Of a DNA stretch of 58,762 bases, positions 9,769-20,516 are shown piece by piece. A program made the translations under genes and the position numbers. This DNA comes from a virus (Duplodnaviria > Caudoviricetes), in the IMG/VR virus record IMGVR_UViG_3300035070_002022, positions 1-58,762 of that record; one strand, written 5' to 3'. The notes under the pieces were generated by a model. It worked only from the letters and a program-made list of their open reading frames with translations, did no database searches and was not told where the DNA came from. Positions within the stretch are counted from its first letter, which is position 1, and every line of letters starts with the position of its first letter.

Positions 9769-10025
9769 AAAACAAAAACTACATCCTGGGTTTTTATAAC
9801 GTGGTATGTTTCCCTATCCAATTCTATTTTATGCCCCGCGTGTCTATCGTAATAAATCACATCGTTCTTTTTTATACCATCGCATTCGCTACCCGTAGAT
9901 ACAACTGTAGCCTCTACATATCTTATGTCTTCGCGGTGATTCTCAGCAAGAAGTAAACCGCCTTTTGTAGCGGTCACTCCTTCTTTTAATTTCTTTATTA
10001 TTATGTTTCTACCTATTGCGTTCAT
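9765..10025 (-). CDS. groES: Co-chaperonin GroES
   Basis: TKGGLLL mobile loop, ATVVSTG, DVIYYD; adjacent to GroEL. Confidence 0.9.
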   Translation of the reverse strand: MNAIGRNIIIKKLKEGVTATKGGLLLAENHREDIRYVEATVVSTGSECDGIKKNDVIYYDRHAGHKIELDRETYHVIKTQDVVFVL

Positions 10026-10026
10026 A

Positions 10027-11565
10027 TTATCCTCTTACGTTAGACATAACACAGTTAGTTGACAATATAGTCGAAGCAACTGATGCAGCATTCTTTAAAG
10101 CTGATTTTGTAACCAATACAGGATCTATAATTCCTGCTTTAAACATATTAACCGTTTTACCGTTTTCTACATTAACACCGTGATTCTTTTTACCGATGTT
10201 CCTGTATTCAATTCCTGCGTTTTTCATTATAGTTTTACACGGGTAATACAGCGCCTCTAAAACCAATTCTTCCTCAGAAGACTTTGCTTTTATACTAGTA
10301 GCCGCATTGATCAGGGCTATGCCGCCTCCAGCAACCACACCTTCTTTTATAGCGGCCTTGGTTGCACATATTGCATCCTCCACCCTGTCTTTCTTCTCGT
10401 TTAGCTCTACCTCTGAGTTACCACCTACTTTTACTATTGCTAGTTTAGCAGCAAGCATTGCTAATCGTTTTTCAAGTTTAATTATCTTACCTGGATTAGA
10501 CTCCGTAAGTAATTCTTCTTTAATGTTGCTGATGATCGCTTGTACTTCTTCAGACTGTTCTTCGTCTATCTGAAACACCGTGTCTTTAAATGTAGACACT
10601 GCTTTTACGCAAGTACCCAAGCAAGATAAATCAATTAAGTCTAGATCATCTCCTAAGTTTTCACTTATAACCGTAGCACCAGTTAGTAAAGCTAAATCAT
10701 CAAATATTTCTTTTCTATTTACACCGTGTGTAGGTGCGGGAATCACATTTACTTTAATAGATCCCTTGTTTTTATTCATTGCTAAAGCGGCTGCAACTTT
10801 TGCGTCAACATCACCCACAATTAGTAATGGCATGTTGTTTTTAATCACATGCTCTAATATTGTTTGTATTTGCCTAATAGTATCTACTGCTGAATCAACT
10901 AGTAATATTTTAGGATTAACCAGCTCAGCTGTGTTAGCTGCGTGATTTGTTACGAAATGATTATTAGTAAATCCTTTTTCGTATTGTACACCCTCAACTA
11001 CCTCTATGCTTGTATTGCCGTCGTGTGATGTTTCCATCATAACAACACCTGTTAAATCTACAGCTCTATATGCATCCGCAATGAGTTTACCTAATTCTAT
11101 ATCGTTGTTTGTAGATATAGTAGCTACTTCATCAATCATACTGCCGTTAACTGGCTTTGCTTGCTTGTCCAAGTGGTCTAATACTTTATCAACTACTTTA
11201 TTGATGGCATCGCGTTTTTCACGACTTGTAAACTTGTCTTCTGATTTATCAAATTCCTTTAGTATTGCATGTGCTAATACCGTGGAAGTCGTTGTACCAT
11301 CACCCGCTTCAGCCACCGTTCTTCTAGCAGCCTGTTTTACTAAAGATGCACCCATATTTTCTACGGGATCTAATAATACAGATAATTCCGCTACCGTTAC
11401 ACCATCTTTTGTTATTACAGGTACACCTTGTGCATCCTCGAATATAACGCACTCACCCCCGCCCCCAAGGGTAGAAGCTACAGCTTCGGTTAGGGTTTCA
11501 ATACCCTTAAATACTTTTTCTCTACCTTTGTCGCCAAAGCTAAATTGTTTTACTATTTGATTCAT
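10027..11565 (-). CDS. groEL: Chaperonin GroEL
   Basis: ITKDGVTVA, AGDGTTTSTVLA, EKKDRVEDA, GGGIAL, GIIDPVLVTKSAL; lacks the GGM tail. Confidence 0.97.
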   Translation of the reverse strand: MNQIVKQFSFGDKGREKVFKGIETLTEAVASTLGGGGECVIFEDAQGVPVITKDGVTVAELSVLLDPVENMGASLVKQAARRTVAEAGDGTTTSTVLAHAILKEFDKSEDKFTSREKRDAINKVVDKVLDHLDKQAKPVNGSMIDEVATISTNNDIELGKLIADAYRAVDLTGVVMMETSHDGNTSIEVVEGVQYEKGFTNNHFVTNHAANTAELVNPKILLVDSAVDTIRQIQTILEHVIKNNMPLLIVGDVDAKVAAALAMNKNKGSIKVNVIPAPTHGVNRKEIFDDLALLTGATVISENLGDDLDLIDLSCLGTCVKAVSTFKDTVFQIDEEQSEEVQAIISNIKEELLTESNPGKIIKLEKRLAMLAAKLAIVKVGGNSEVELNEKKDRVEDAICATKAAIKEGVVAGGGIALINAATSIKAKSSEEELVLEALYYPCKTIMKNAGIEYRNIGKKNHGVNVENGKTVNMFKAGIIDPVLVTKSALKNAASVASTILSTNCVMSNVRG

Positions 11566-11580
11566 TTAATTAGATTTTAT

Positions 11581-11612
11581 TATATAATCACGCGTAATTT
11601 AAAAAAACTACG
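11581..11612 (-). promoter_or_regulatory. Class II phage promoter (groEL operon)
   Basis: Minus strand CGTAG-N13-CGCGT-GATTAT-ATA, 15 nt upstream of the groEL ATG. Confidence 0.72.
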
Positions 11613-11630
11613 CGCAATTTTTATTTATTG

Positions 11631-11990
11631 TTACTCTACAGGAGGAACAGGCTCACCAATAGTAAGTGTTATTGATACTGGGTTTATCTCCAGGTTGATA
11701 GCGTTAGCTATGTTTGTTTCTATTGCTGTAACTTGCTCTGCTCCCATTGCACCTTGTGTCCAAGCTACAACTTCATCATTAGTAAGCTCGTCAAATGGTA
11801 TAAAATTTGTTATGTCGTCAATATTCAGAACCTGTGTTCCTATATTTGTAGCGGAGTAAGGGTTTCCTGCAGAATCTACTTGATCTGAGATTCCTGTAAC
11901 TATCCAGTGCACATTGTACACTACATCGTCATTTCCTGCTTCTTCCACGTAAGCATCTACTGTTTTGCAATTCCAATTGTAAGTAATCAT
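11631..11990 (-). CDS. Tail-fibre-associated protein (putative assembly chaperone)
   Basis: VVYNVHW...FIPFDELTNDEVVAW pattern, immediately downstream of the fibre genes. Confidence 0.6.
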   Translation of the reverse strand: MITYNWNCKTVDAYVEEAGNDDVVYNVHWIVTGISDQVDSAGNPYSATNIGTQVLNIDDITNFIPFDELTNDEVVAWTQGAMGAEQVTAIETNIANAINLEINPVSITLTIGEPVPPVE

Positions 11991-12028
11991 AATTTTTGTT
12001 TGTTTATTTATTTATTAATGTATTTTTA

Positions 12029-14128
12029 TTACCATTGCGCTATAGCAACTCTTTTCCATGAATTTGTGGCATAACATACATATATGTAATCCGCAGTTAT
12101 TCTTATTTCTCCCAGCGTTCCTGTGTCACCTCTACTAGACGGGGCAGTCTGCATTGCTGAGACCCTGTATCCAGTAGCTGAAATATTTGACAAGGAGGTT
12201 ATGTGACAACCTGCGGCAAGAGTTGTTGTTCCAACTCCAATACCAGCACCTTGTGTATATATCTTACTGTCTTGTAGCCCAAGAGTACCTGATTTACTAT
12301 AAGGTACATACCCGTCATTCAGATCAGTAGCTATTAATGTTTCTGCCTTTACATTGCCTGAGACATCTAGCTTAGCACTAGGATTATTCGTTCCAATACC
12401 AATGTTGCCAGCAGAGGTGATACGCATTCTTTCTGTATTACCTCCGCCAGCGGGTTGAGTATCAAACGTTAGGGCCCCCGCATCGTTAGCACCATCCCTG
12501 TCTACATTAACCGCAGCTACAGTATCACTTCCAGCTGTATTATAAAAGGCAATTCCAGCAAATCTAACATCAGTTGTAGCATTACCTCTTATTCTTATAT
12601 CGGAAAGAGTTCCATCATCTAGGTCTAAAATAGTGGCTGGACTAGTCGTACCGATGCCTACGTTGCCTGATGGCAGTAAAAGTAAATCAGCCGTGGCATT
12701 AACCTTAAGGTCAATACCATCTGTAGTTATGCTTCCTCTAGATGTTTCAGAACCTACTGCTCCATATTTAAAGTTCATAAATCCAGTACCTGCAGTGTTT
12801 ACTGTAATGTCCCCACCTGTTACATCTAGCTTGGAATCAGGAGTAGTCGTACCGATCCCGACGCTGCCTGTTGAGGCAATACGCATTCTTTCTGTACCGT
12901 TGGTGAAAAATGTTTGTGTAGTTAGTCCTGCTCCTGCTGCCCCGTGTTTAAGTTCACCGCTTACAAATTGTAATGAATTTCTTGCATCCCCATTAGCGTC
13001 ATGAAAAGAGATTATTCCACTATTAGGTAAAGTTAATGTACCACTAATACTTGATGTTACCCCGATACCTACGTTACCTGAGGAGGTGATGCGCATTCTT
13101 TCAGAATTGTTAGTTTTAAATCCTAACGCGTCTGTATTTGGTGTAGATACATACTTGGCTCCAGCTCCATTACCTTTTAATGTTAAACCTGCAAATCTGT
13201 CTAACTCAGCGTAATTTACATTTCCAGAATCTCTTGAAGTTATAGTGCCGTCTCTAACATCTAGCTTTTGTCCAGGACTAGTCGTTCCGATACCTACGTT
13301 GCCAGTAGAGGTTATTCGCATTTTTTCAGTAGCTGCAGCGCTTACGGCATTAGTGCTAAATGATAGGTCGTGATTATTCCCCGTTCCCATTTTATGGGCA
13401 GTGATTATTGCGCTTCTTGTCGAACCATGTCCTATTTCTAGAACCGCATCTTCTCCTAGAGCACCCCCACTATTATATAACCCTAGCAGTCTTTTTGCGC
13501 CATCTCCAGTATTAGAAGTATGCTTAACCTCTAGCTTACTACCTGGACTAGTCGTTCCGATACCTACGTTACCCGCCGTTGGATTGAAAACTAAATCATA
13601 ATAATTATCTCCAGGTTTTACAGATTGAAACCAAATGTAGTCTTGGTCAACTGCTCCTATTTTTAATTTAAAGTCTGTATTGATTCCAGTTCCTCCTCCT
13701 ATTTCTATGATTTCATCGCTTGATGAATAGCTTCCAACTACACTTAAAGGTGATCCTGGACTAGTAGTCCCGATGCCAACGTTGCCGCTCGACGTGATGC
13801 GCATTTTTTCAGAACCGTTTGTATCAAATCTAACAATAGGTCCGTTAATATTTATATAACCGTAATAACCTCCACCTCTTATATAATAATCACTATTAGC
13901 TGTTCCAAATTGCAGTTTACCTAAGTTAGAAGATGTAGCTAAATACAAATCTCCAGTCAAAGGAAACCCTGACCCAGCTGAAAGCGGTAAGTAAGGACCA
14001 CCTATAATACTCGAACCTGAGCCGTCTACCCAGTCAATACCTGCAGCAGTTGAAACCAATACTTGATTAGCTGAACCCGTAGATCCGTTAGTGTCTTCTA
14101 AAAAATTTGTTGTATATTTCTTACTCAT
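12029..14128 (-). CDS. Tail fibre protein
   Basis: About 8 ERMRIxxxGNVGIGTxxP repeats; C-terminal GEIRITADYIYVC..NSWKR. Confidence 0.85.
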   Translation of the reverse strand: MSKKYTTNFLEDTNGSTGSANQVLVSTAAGIDWVDGSGSSIIGGPYLPLSAGSGFPLTGDLYLATSSNLGKLQFGTANSDYYIRGGGYYGYININGPIVRFDTNGSEKMRITSSGNVGIGTTSPGSPLSVVGSYSSSDEIIEIGGGTGINTDFKLKIGAVDQDYIWFQSVKPGDNYYDLVFNPTAGNVGIGTTSPGSKLEVKHTSNTGDGAKRLLGLYNSGGALGEDAVLEIGHGSTRSAIITAHKMGTGNNHDLSFSTNAVSAAATEKMRITSTGNVGIGTTSPGQKLDVRDGTITSRDSGNVNYAELDRFAGLTLKGNGAGAKYVSTPNTDALGFKTNNSERMRITSSGNVGIGVTSSISGTLTLPNSGIISFHDANGDARNSLQFVSGELKHGAAGAGLTTQTFFTNGTERMRIASTGSVGIGTTTPDSKLDVTGGDITVNTAGTGFMNFKYGAVGSETSRGSITTDGIDLKVNATADLLLLPSGNVGIGTTSPATILDLDDGTLSDIRIRGNATTDVRFAGIAFYNTAGSDTVAAVNVDRDGANDAGALTFDTQPAGGGNTERMRITSAGNIGIGTNNPSAKLDVSGNVKAETLIATDLNDGYVPYSKSGTLGLQDSKIYTQGAGIGVGTTTLAAGCHITSLSNISATGYRVSAMQTAPSSRGDTGTLGEIRITADYIYVCYATNSWKRVAIAQW

Positions 14129-17100
14129 TTACCAATTGTTTTGTACTACATTAATCCATGCGTATGTTGTAGCCCCTGTCTGCATACACATATCCACATA
14201 GCTATTATTTCCTGAAGTCCTATACCTTAATGTTCCTACTTTGTTAGCTCCCGCGGTATCTGTGTCATCTGCAACTTTTATTCCTCCGGCTACATCTAAC
14301 TTAGCTCTTGGTGTCGTTACCCCAATTCCTGTGTCTCCTGTACCTTTGATTATAAATAAGTCTGTGCCGCCCGTATTTTCTATAAGCATAGAAGTATCTA
14401 CGCTATTTGTTCCTGCTCTTACACGTAAACCATAACTTTGACCTACAGTTGCTGAGCCATCTAATCTTGAAGCATAAACATTATTATTTCCTTGAACTTG
14501 AAATATGTCCCCAGTAGATGAAGTTTTATTAACAAGAAGATGTCCTGCTGAGGTGATACGCATACGCTCAGTATTCCCTGAAGTTGAGAAAAACCTTAAT
14601 GCTCCTGAAGAGACGCCATTGTCATAGTCAATTCTACCATTAGTTTGAGCTAAAATGATATCATCACTAATTTTCATTTTACCAACTACGTCTAGCTTTT
14701 CGCTAGGACTAGCAGTTCCTATACCTACGTTACCGCTATTCTTTATAATCATTTTAGTGGTAGGTGAGGGCTCAGAAGTATTAGCTCCTCCTCCAAACTG
14801 AAACTGAATATCCCCGCTAGTGCCTGTACTTCCGTAAGAAGTAGACCTTAATATAGTGCCTGAGCTACTTGTTGATAAAAAAGTAGATTTTCCGTTGGAG
14901 CTTGCTGTGTCTTGTTGTTGCACCTCTAGACCACCTACATTGCTGTCCATTAAGCCCCTGTTCCCTCTGTTGATTGCAATAGTTCCGCCAATTCCGCCGT
15001 TAAAATAAAGCTTCTTAATATTGTCACTTAATCTTATTGAGTTTCCATTAGTTGCCCCTGTAGTACCTGAAATATCTAATATATCTCCCGTAGACTTAAA
15101 TGTTATGTTAGGCCCCTGTTGACTTTGTAGAATTAAAGATCCGTCTGTTCCTTGTCTGTCCCCTATTTTTATTGTGTCATCCACGTGAAGTGGGTAATCA
15201 GGACTAGTAGTCCCGATGCCTACGTTGCCGTTTGCTAAAAACGTAGTAGACACAGTGGCGCCCGGCCTCATTGTTATATATCCACTGCTTTGGACCCTAA
15301 GTTCGCCGTTGTTACCTGTTAAATAGTGGTTGTCCCCACTGGTGGCATCTTGGAGTCTTATTGTTGGGGCGTCTGCATTTATATGAAGTGGTGTGCTCGG
15401 GGCGGTCGTCCCTATACCTACGTTGCCTGCGCCATCAATACGCATTCTTTCTGTTAGCGCATTTGAAGCGTTACTTGTATATAATTGTAAATTACCTCCA
15501 TTGCTATTAGTTGCCCAAGGGCTAGAATGAATTTTTGCTTGGTCTGTTTGAGTACCTGATGATGTGGTACCGTAAAATAACATCCCATAACTATTCGCAC
15601 TATTGCCTGTGCCTATGCTTGATAGTTTTATATTTCCTGAGACTTCTAGTTTTTCACTTGGAATAGTTGTATCTATACCAAAATTACCTACAACGTACCC
15701 TCCTCCATTAGCGTTAATTCTAAATTTGGTGCCTGCAGTGGTTACAAATTGCAATGAACCTCCGTTTTGCAATTGGGAAGTCCCGTATGATAGCACTGCT
15801 CCTACAGCATTACTAAGTCTTAAGCTCGGGGTTGTAGTATCTCCGTAGATGTAACCTCCTGTTCCAAGCTCTATATTTCCTTCAACCGTAAGTTTCTGGC
15901 TAGGGCTAGTCGTCCCGATCCCTACGTTGCCGTTGTTTATTATCATCTTAGCAACTCCTCCTTGCAGGAATTGCGTTCTAATATTTGTTCCTGAGTCAAA
16001 AATTAATCCCCCTCCTGAAATGTAGCCTCCTGTGCCGTCCATTATAATAGACCCTGTGTACGTTGTGCTTTTTAGATCAAGCTTGGAGTAATGAACTGTA
16101 TTCTCAATAGTCATATACCCGCTTCCTGCTGACGTGCTTTTTACATGTAAGGAGGTAATTGGGCTAGTCGTTCCGATTCCTACGTTGCCGCTTGAGGTTA
16201 TTCGCATACGTTCGGCTTGGTTAGGAACTGTCGTAGATGAAGATGTAAATCTAATTCCTCCAAAACCTCCTACTACTAAATCATTAGCAACTCTTTTTAT
16301 ACCTACGTTTTGATTGGTTATATAAAAACCGTTATTTACACCTACTCTTATGTTACCCTCGACATCTAGTTTTTCGCTAGGACTAGTAGCCCCGATACCT
16401 ACGTTACCGTTACTATCAATCAAAACATCTCTATCGCCATTGGCCCCACCTAAACCAAGAGGGCCAGTAGTGTTTTGAAGATAACCATAACTTGCGCCTT
16501 CTAAAAGAACAAGAGAGTCACCTGTGTCCGCTCTTTTTAGTCTTATCCCAGCACCTGATGAGGCGTTTTCAATATCTAAGTTATAGTTTGGACTAGTCGT
16601 TCCAATACCTACGTTGCCGCCGTTGAAGTATGAGATACCATTACTCTGTATGTTAACGTTAGTGTTACCTGAGTTTCTTAATTGTAAGGTTCCCGAGGTA
16701 CTTAGTACGCTAGAGTCGCTAGCTCCGCCGTATGCTGTAATATTGCCCGTTGCAAGTATATTTCCACTAACCTGCAACTTCTGGCCAGGACTAGCAGTTC
16801 CTATACCTACGTTACCTCCTTCCAATATAGTCATCTTAGCATCAGCTGTTGTCACTACAGCTCCAGTCATCTGGTCGTTTAAAGCAAACTGCATTGATGA
16901 AGACCTACCATACCCGGTTGTGTAAGTAGTAAATATACCAGCTTTATGTTGTCCTGAATTATCAGTGTGGGAAAGGTATAGTGATGAAACTCCGGTGTTA
17001 AAACCAGAATTAACAACCAATTCTCCCATAACTTCCAGCTTTTTAGTAGGACTAGTCGTCCCGATACCTACGTTGCCTGCTACATATAAACCTCCTGTAG

Positions 17101-18661
17101 GTGGGGCAGCATTAACAGTACCCACCGATAAGCCTCCGCTAAATCTAGCATCAGTAGCCCCCATAGCTCTAAAAAAAGTAGTGCCATCATAGTCTAAGGC
17201 AAAAGCAGTAGATGAGTATCCTGGTTCCCCTCCTTGTATATCCCAATTATGAGCTATAGTTGATAACCTTACTGTAGAGTCATAAGCGCTAGAGGATTTT
17301 ACTTCTAACAACTTGGTAGGACTAGTAGTCCCGATACCCATTCTACCATTTGGCTCGTCTAAAAAAACTGTATCAGATACTATAGTATTTCCATCACCAA
17401 CCCATATCTTACCAGTCGGCAAGTTGGGCACATCGTTGGTACGCATAATAGATGAAACAGTGATAGACCCAGCGTTTCCGCCAGATACCTTACCAATAAG
17501 ACCTAAGTTTTGAATACCATTTTCTGCACCTGTTGGTTTTGTGAGTGTTAATCCACCTCCTGATTTTAAGAATACTTTATCGCCTGTAGTTGGTGTTACT
17601 CCATCAATAGGGTCTGTAGTGAAGTTTAAGAATTCACCAGTTATTACAACTTTACCAAAACCATTGTTATTTAATGTTGTTTGTAGTAAACCAATAGCTG
17701 GTTGACTACCTGAAGATATCAATGCGTCCGCAGGAGCAATCTCTATAACGTCTGTTGCACCAACCGTTCCGGTTTGATAAACAGGCGTCCCTTTAGCTAT
17801 AGTAGCGCCAGAAGTGTTCTTACATTCAATAACAACTAGTGTAGCAGCTTCAGCTGTTATCGTACTTGGGTCTACCCAGGCGACACCCGTAGCTGTGGAA
17901 GTCAAAACCTGGTCTAAAGTTCCAGGTGCGTTATTACTATCGTAGTAGGCTCCTGTAACTCTTAAGTTACCGTCTACATGGAGTTTTTCACTAGGACTAT
18001 CCGTCCCAATACCGATATTGCTTTTTAATCCAACGCCTTGTCCAACAATATTTAAACCGCTTGACTCGTGAGTCCCTGAATCAGCTAAAGTGCTTATAGA
18101 TATTTTGCTAGTGTAATTCCTAGTTTGTTTTATTATAGTGTCGTCGTTTCCGCTTCTTAAAATATAAAAAGCGTTTGATGCTCCGTGTTGCAACGTTATT
18201 CCGTCTCCATCATTGGCGCTTACTTGCAATTTACTACTAGGACTAGTAGTCCCGATTCCTATGCGTTGAGTACTGGTATCTGAATATAATATGGCATTAC
18301 CTGAATTATCAGTAATCGAAACGTCATTACCCGCCGATGCTGGCTTAATTTGAAAAGTATTAGCGTTAAGCGCTCCTACCCTAAATCTTTCATCTCCACC
18401 TGTTTTAAACTGCAACACAGAATCAAAGCTACTATGTACACTATCAATAAAAGCAAGAGCATCCCCTCCACTATAAGATATTCCTAAAGACACTGGATTA
18501 AGAGCATGGAACAATTCCATTGCTATAGTATTGTTTGTTGTCCTAGACCCTATTTTTAGCGCATTAGAAGCGACTCCCCCGCCACTACCACCTATATAAT
18601 AATCTGTGGTAGTGCCTGGTAGAGTTATACTTTCAATAGAATTTAAAAACTTAATAGCCAT
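14129..18661 (-). CDS. Long tail fibre protein
   Basis: About 14 GNVGIGTTSP-type repeats in 1510 aa. Confidence 0.87.
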   Translation of the reverse strand: MAIKFLNSIESITLPGTTTDYYIGGSGGGVASNALKIGSRTTNNTIAMELFHALNPVSLGISYSGGDALAFIDSVHSSFDSVLQFKTGGDERFRVGALNANTFQIKPASAGNDVSITDNSGNAILYSDTSTQRIGIGTTSPSSKLQVSANDGDGITLQHGASNAFYILRSGNDDTIIKQTRNYTSKISISTLADSGTHESSGLNIVGQGVGLKSNIGIGTDSPSEKLHVDGNLRVTGAYYDSNNAPGTLDQVLTSTATGVAWVDPSTITAEAATLVVIECKNTSGATIAKGTPVYQTGTVGATDVIEIAPADALISSGSQPAIGLLQTTLNNNGFGKVVITGEFLNFTTDPIDGVTPTTGDKVFLKSGGGLTLTKPTGAENGIQNLGLIGKVSGGNAGSITVSSIMRTNDVPNLPTGKIWVGDGNTIVSDTVFLDEPNGRMGIGTTSPTKLLEVKSSSAYDSTVRLSTIAHNWDIQGGEPGYSSTAFALDYDGTTFFRAMGATDARFSGGLSVGTVNAAPPTGGLYVAGNVGIGTTSPTKKLEVMGELVVNSGFNTGVSSLYLSHTDNSGQHKAGIFTTYTTGYGRSSSMQFALNDQMTGAVVTTADAKMTILEGGNVGIGTASPGQKLQVSGNILATGNITAYGGASDSSVLSTSGTLQLRNSGNTNVNIQSNGISYFNGGNVGIGTTSPNYNLDIENASSGAGIRLKRADTGDSLVLLEGASYGYLQNTTGPLGLGGANGDRDVLIDSNGNVGIGATSPSEKLDVEGNIRVGVNNGFYITNQNVGIKRVANDLVVGGFGGIRFTSSSTTVPNQAERMRITSSGNVGIGTTSPITSLHVKSTSAGSGYMTIENTVHYSKLDLKSTTYTGSIIMDGTGGYISGGGLIFDSGTNIRTQFLQGGVAKMIINNGNVGIGTTSPSQKLTVEGNIELGTGGYIYGDTTTPSLRLSNAVGAVLSYGTSQLQNGGSLQFVTTAGTKFRINANGGGYVVGNFGIDTTIPSEKLEVSGNIKLSSIGTGNSANSYGMLFYGTTSSGTQTDQAKIHSSPWATNSNGGNLQLYTSNASNALTERMRIDGAGNVGIGTTAPSTPLHINADAPTIRLQDATSGDNHYLTGNNGELRVQSSGYITMRPGATVSTTFLANGNVGIGTTSPDYPLHVDDTIKIGDRQGTDGSLILQSQQGPNITFKSTGDILDISGTTGATNGNSIRLSDNIKKLYFNGGIGGTIAINRGNRGLMDSNVGGLEVQQQDTASSNGKSTFLSTSSSGTILRSTSYGSTGTSGDIQFQFGGGANTSEPSPTTKMIIKNSGNVGIGTASPSEKLDVVGKMKISDDIILAQTNGRIDYDNGVSSGALRFFSTSGNTERMRITSAGHLLVNKTSSTGDIFQVQGNNNVYASRLDGSATVGQSYGLRVRAGTNSVDTSMLIENTGGTDLFIIKGTGDTGIGVTTPRAKLDVAGGIKVADDTDTAGANKVGTLRYRTSGNNSYVDMCMQTGATTYAWINVVQNNW

Positions 18662-18684
18662 ATATTGGATTTTATTTTATTAGT

Positions 18685-20514
18685 TTATACGTAACTTAAT
18701 AAAGTGGCGTAAGCACTGTTTGCAACGGATCCTTTGAACTCAAATACTATAGTTCCACCACTTCTTGATATTCCAGCATATACTGTTTCGTAATCCCCTG
18801 AATTTTCTGTTACTTCTGCCTTAGTGTTTTGCCCTACCGCTCCAGCTCCAAATAACGATGCATCCGACACAGTTACCGTAAAGGTAGTTAATCCACCAGC
18901 TTCAACTCTTGTAACATAAGATAGGGCTGAATTTAATACAACTCTTGCTGCATTAGCATTTGATTGAGGCTTTAATTGAACCCATCCGTTAGATGATACA
19001 GTAAAGTGATCGCTGTCAAATCCAGAAACACCTTTTTGTGTTGCCCCATCTGATGCCCCAGCACCTGCTACGTTATCATCTGCTTGTACAACCGTATAGT
19101 TGCTCAATGTAGGAGAAGTTCCAGCCGCTATGTCATTATTAGCAAATATGAAATCCCCTGGCTCAAGTGCTTCCCCTAAGAAAGTACCTGACACTGAAAC
19201 TACGAAGTAATCCCCTGTATTAAGTGCAATGTTACTTGCTCCCTCTAAAGCTGGAACATTTGTAGCCGCATTGTAAGACCCTTGAAATATACCAACGCCA
19301 GCAATAAGTAATTCTACTTGAGCTAAGTTAGGCGCGCTTGTTCCCGTGTTTGCTGTTGGAACAGTTACCTGCCCAGTGAATAACCCTGTACCTGTTACGC
19401 TTAAGTTACCCCCTGTTAAAGTTACATTGTCTCCAACGGTTAGATCCGACGATATTGTTACGTCCGCCGGTAATCCTACGATAACCGTTCCGTTTGCTCC
19501 CGTGGTTTCTGATACTCTAATTTCATCTGCTGTCCCAGAAAAAGTAACACTTCCTCCTCCGCCACCAGAACCTCCTGGAGTCAATGTAACAACCGCGGTA
19601 TTCGCTGCTCCTGCCGATGTAGGCAATGTGTACGTAGTATTCGTATCATCCGCTGCTGGTAATGTAATTGTTTTTAAGTTTAAAGCAGTTACATGCCCCG
19701 TAGAATTAGATGTCACACTGTCTACCGCTGTAAAAGTGCCCCCATATCCTGGAGACGTAGCTGAAGTTGTATCTGTTCTACTTGTTGAATCGTGATTAAC
19801 CGTAGGCACTGGCCCAGATGGATTTGTTACGGTTATATAGGTCCCCCCATTTACTCCCGTCACGTCTCCTTGCGGTATTGCTGGGAAGGTTACTAAATCC
19901 CCCGCACCATCTACATACTGCGCTGCTGTACCTGCCCAAGTAAATGCTAATGCCGGCGTAGTAGTCGCAGATGTTACTGCCACATCTAAAGCGTCTCCTG
20001 TTGTTGTTGCTGAAACACTGGTTACCGTACCAACAAACTGGTCAGTTGAATTTATAGTTATAGTATTACCAGATCTAGCTGTTGTAACATTTGTTCCACC
20101 AGCTATATCAATAGTAGTACCAGAAGCTACTGTTAACGTGCCCCCGGTATCTCCTTGTATAGACCAAGTGTATGCGGCTGGCAAAGCAGCCCATGAATTG
20201 TCTCCTCTTAAATAGGTAGTCGCTCCAGGCGTTCCAGTGGCTGATAACGATGCAGTTAATATAGGGTCTGCCGCAGTGCCCGTGTCTACTAAGTTTACAA
20301 AGGTAGTAGAATTGGCTACTAAAGTTTCAACCCCTCCCCCTACTGATGTCCAGGCACCTCCGGCCCACACTTTTAATACGTCTAATGTAGTATCAAAATA
20401 TAATTGACCTTCCACACCCGTTCCTGCAGCCGTGTTATTAACTTGGCTTTCTATAGCCGCTTTGATTAGTTGATTTTGGTTTAAATCGACATTGTTTAAA
20501 AAATTTATTGCCAT
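18685..20514 (-). CDS. Tail fibre / structural protein
   Basis: T/G/A-rich, EGQLYFDTT motif; N-terminus MAINFLNN resembles that of the next fibre (MAIKFLNS). Confidence 0.75.
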   Translation of the reverse strand: MAINFLNNVDLNQNQLIKAAIESQVNNTAAGTGVEGQLYFDTTLDVLKVWAGGAWTSVGGGVETLVANSTTFVNLVDTGTAADPILTASLSATGTPGATTYLRGDNSWAALPAAYTWSIQGDTGGTLTVASGTTIDIAGGTNVTTARSGNTITINSTDQFVGTVTSVSATTTGDALDVAVTSATTTPALAFTWAGTAAQYVDGAGDLVTFPAIPQGDVTGVNGGTYITVTNPSGPVPTVNHDSTSRTDTTSATSPGYGGTFTAVDSVTSNSTGHVTALNLKTITLPAADDTNTTYTLPTSAGAANTAVVTLTPGGSGGGGGSVTFSGTADEIRVSETTGANGTVIVGLPADVTISSDLTVGDNVTLTGGNLSVTGTGLFTGQVTVPTANTGTSAPNLAQVELLIAGVGIFQGSYNAATNVPALEGASNIALNTGDYFVVSVSGTFLGEALEPGDFIFANNDIAAGTSPTLSNYTVVQADDNVAGAGASDGATQKGVSGFDSDHFTVSSNGWVQLKPQSNANAARVVLNSALSYVTRVEAGGLTTFTVTVSDASLFGAGAVGQNTKAEVTENSGDYETVYAGISRSGGTIVFEFKGSVANSAYATLLSYV

Positions 20515-20516
20515 AT

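Noticed and set aside
12029-18661. Diversity-generating retroelement acting on the fibre repeats
   Set aside because: No reverse transcriptase and no TR/VR pair differing only at adenines was seen
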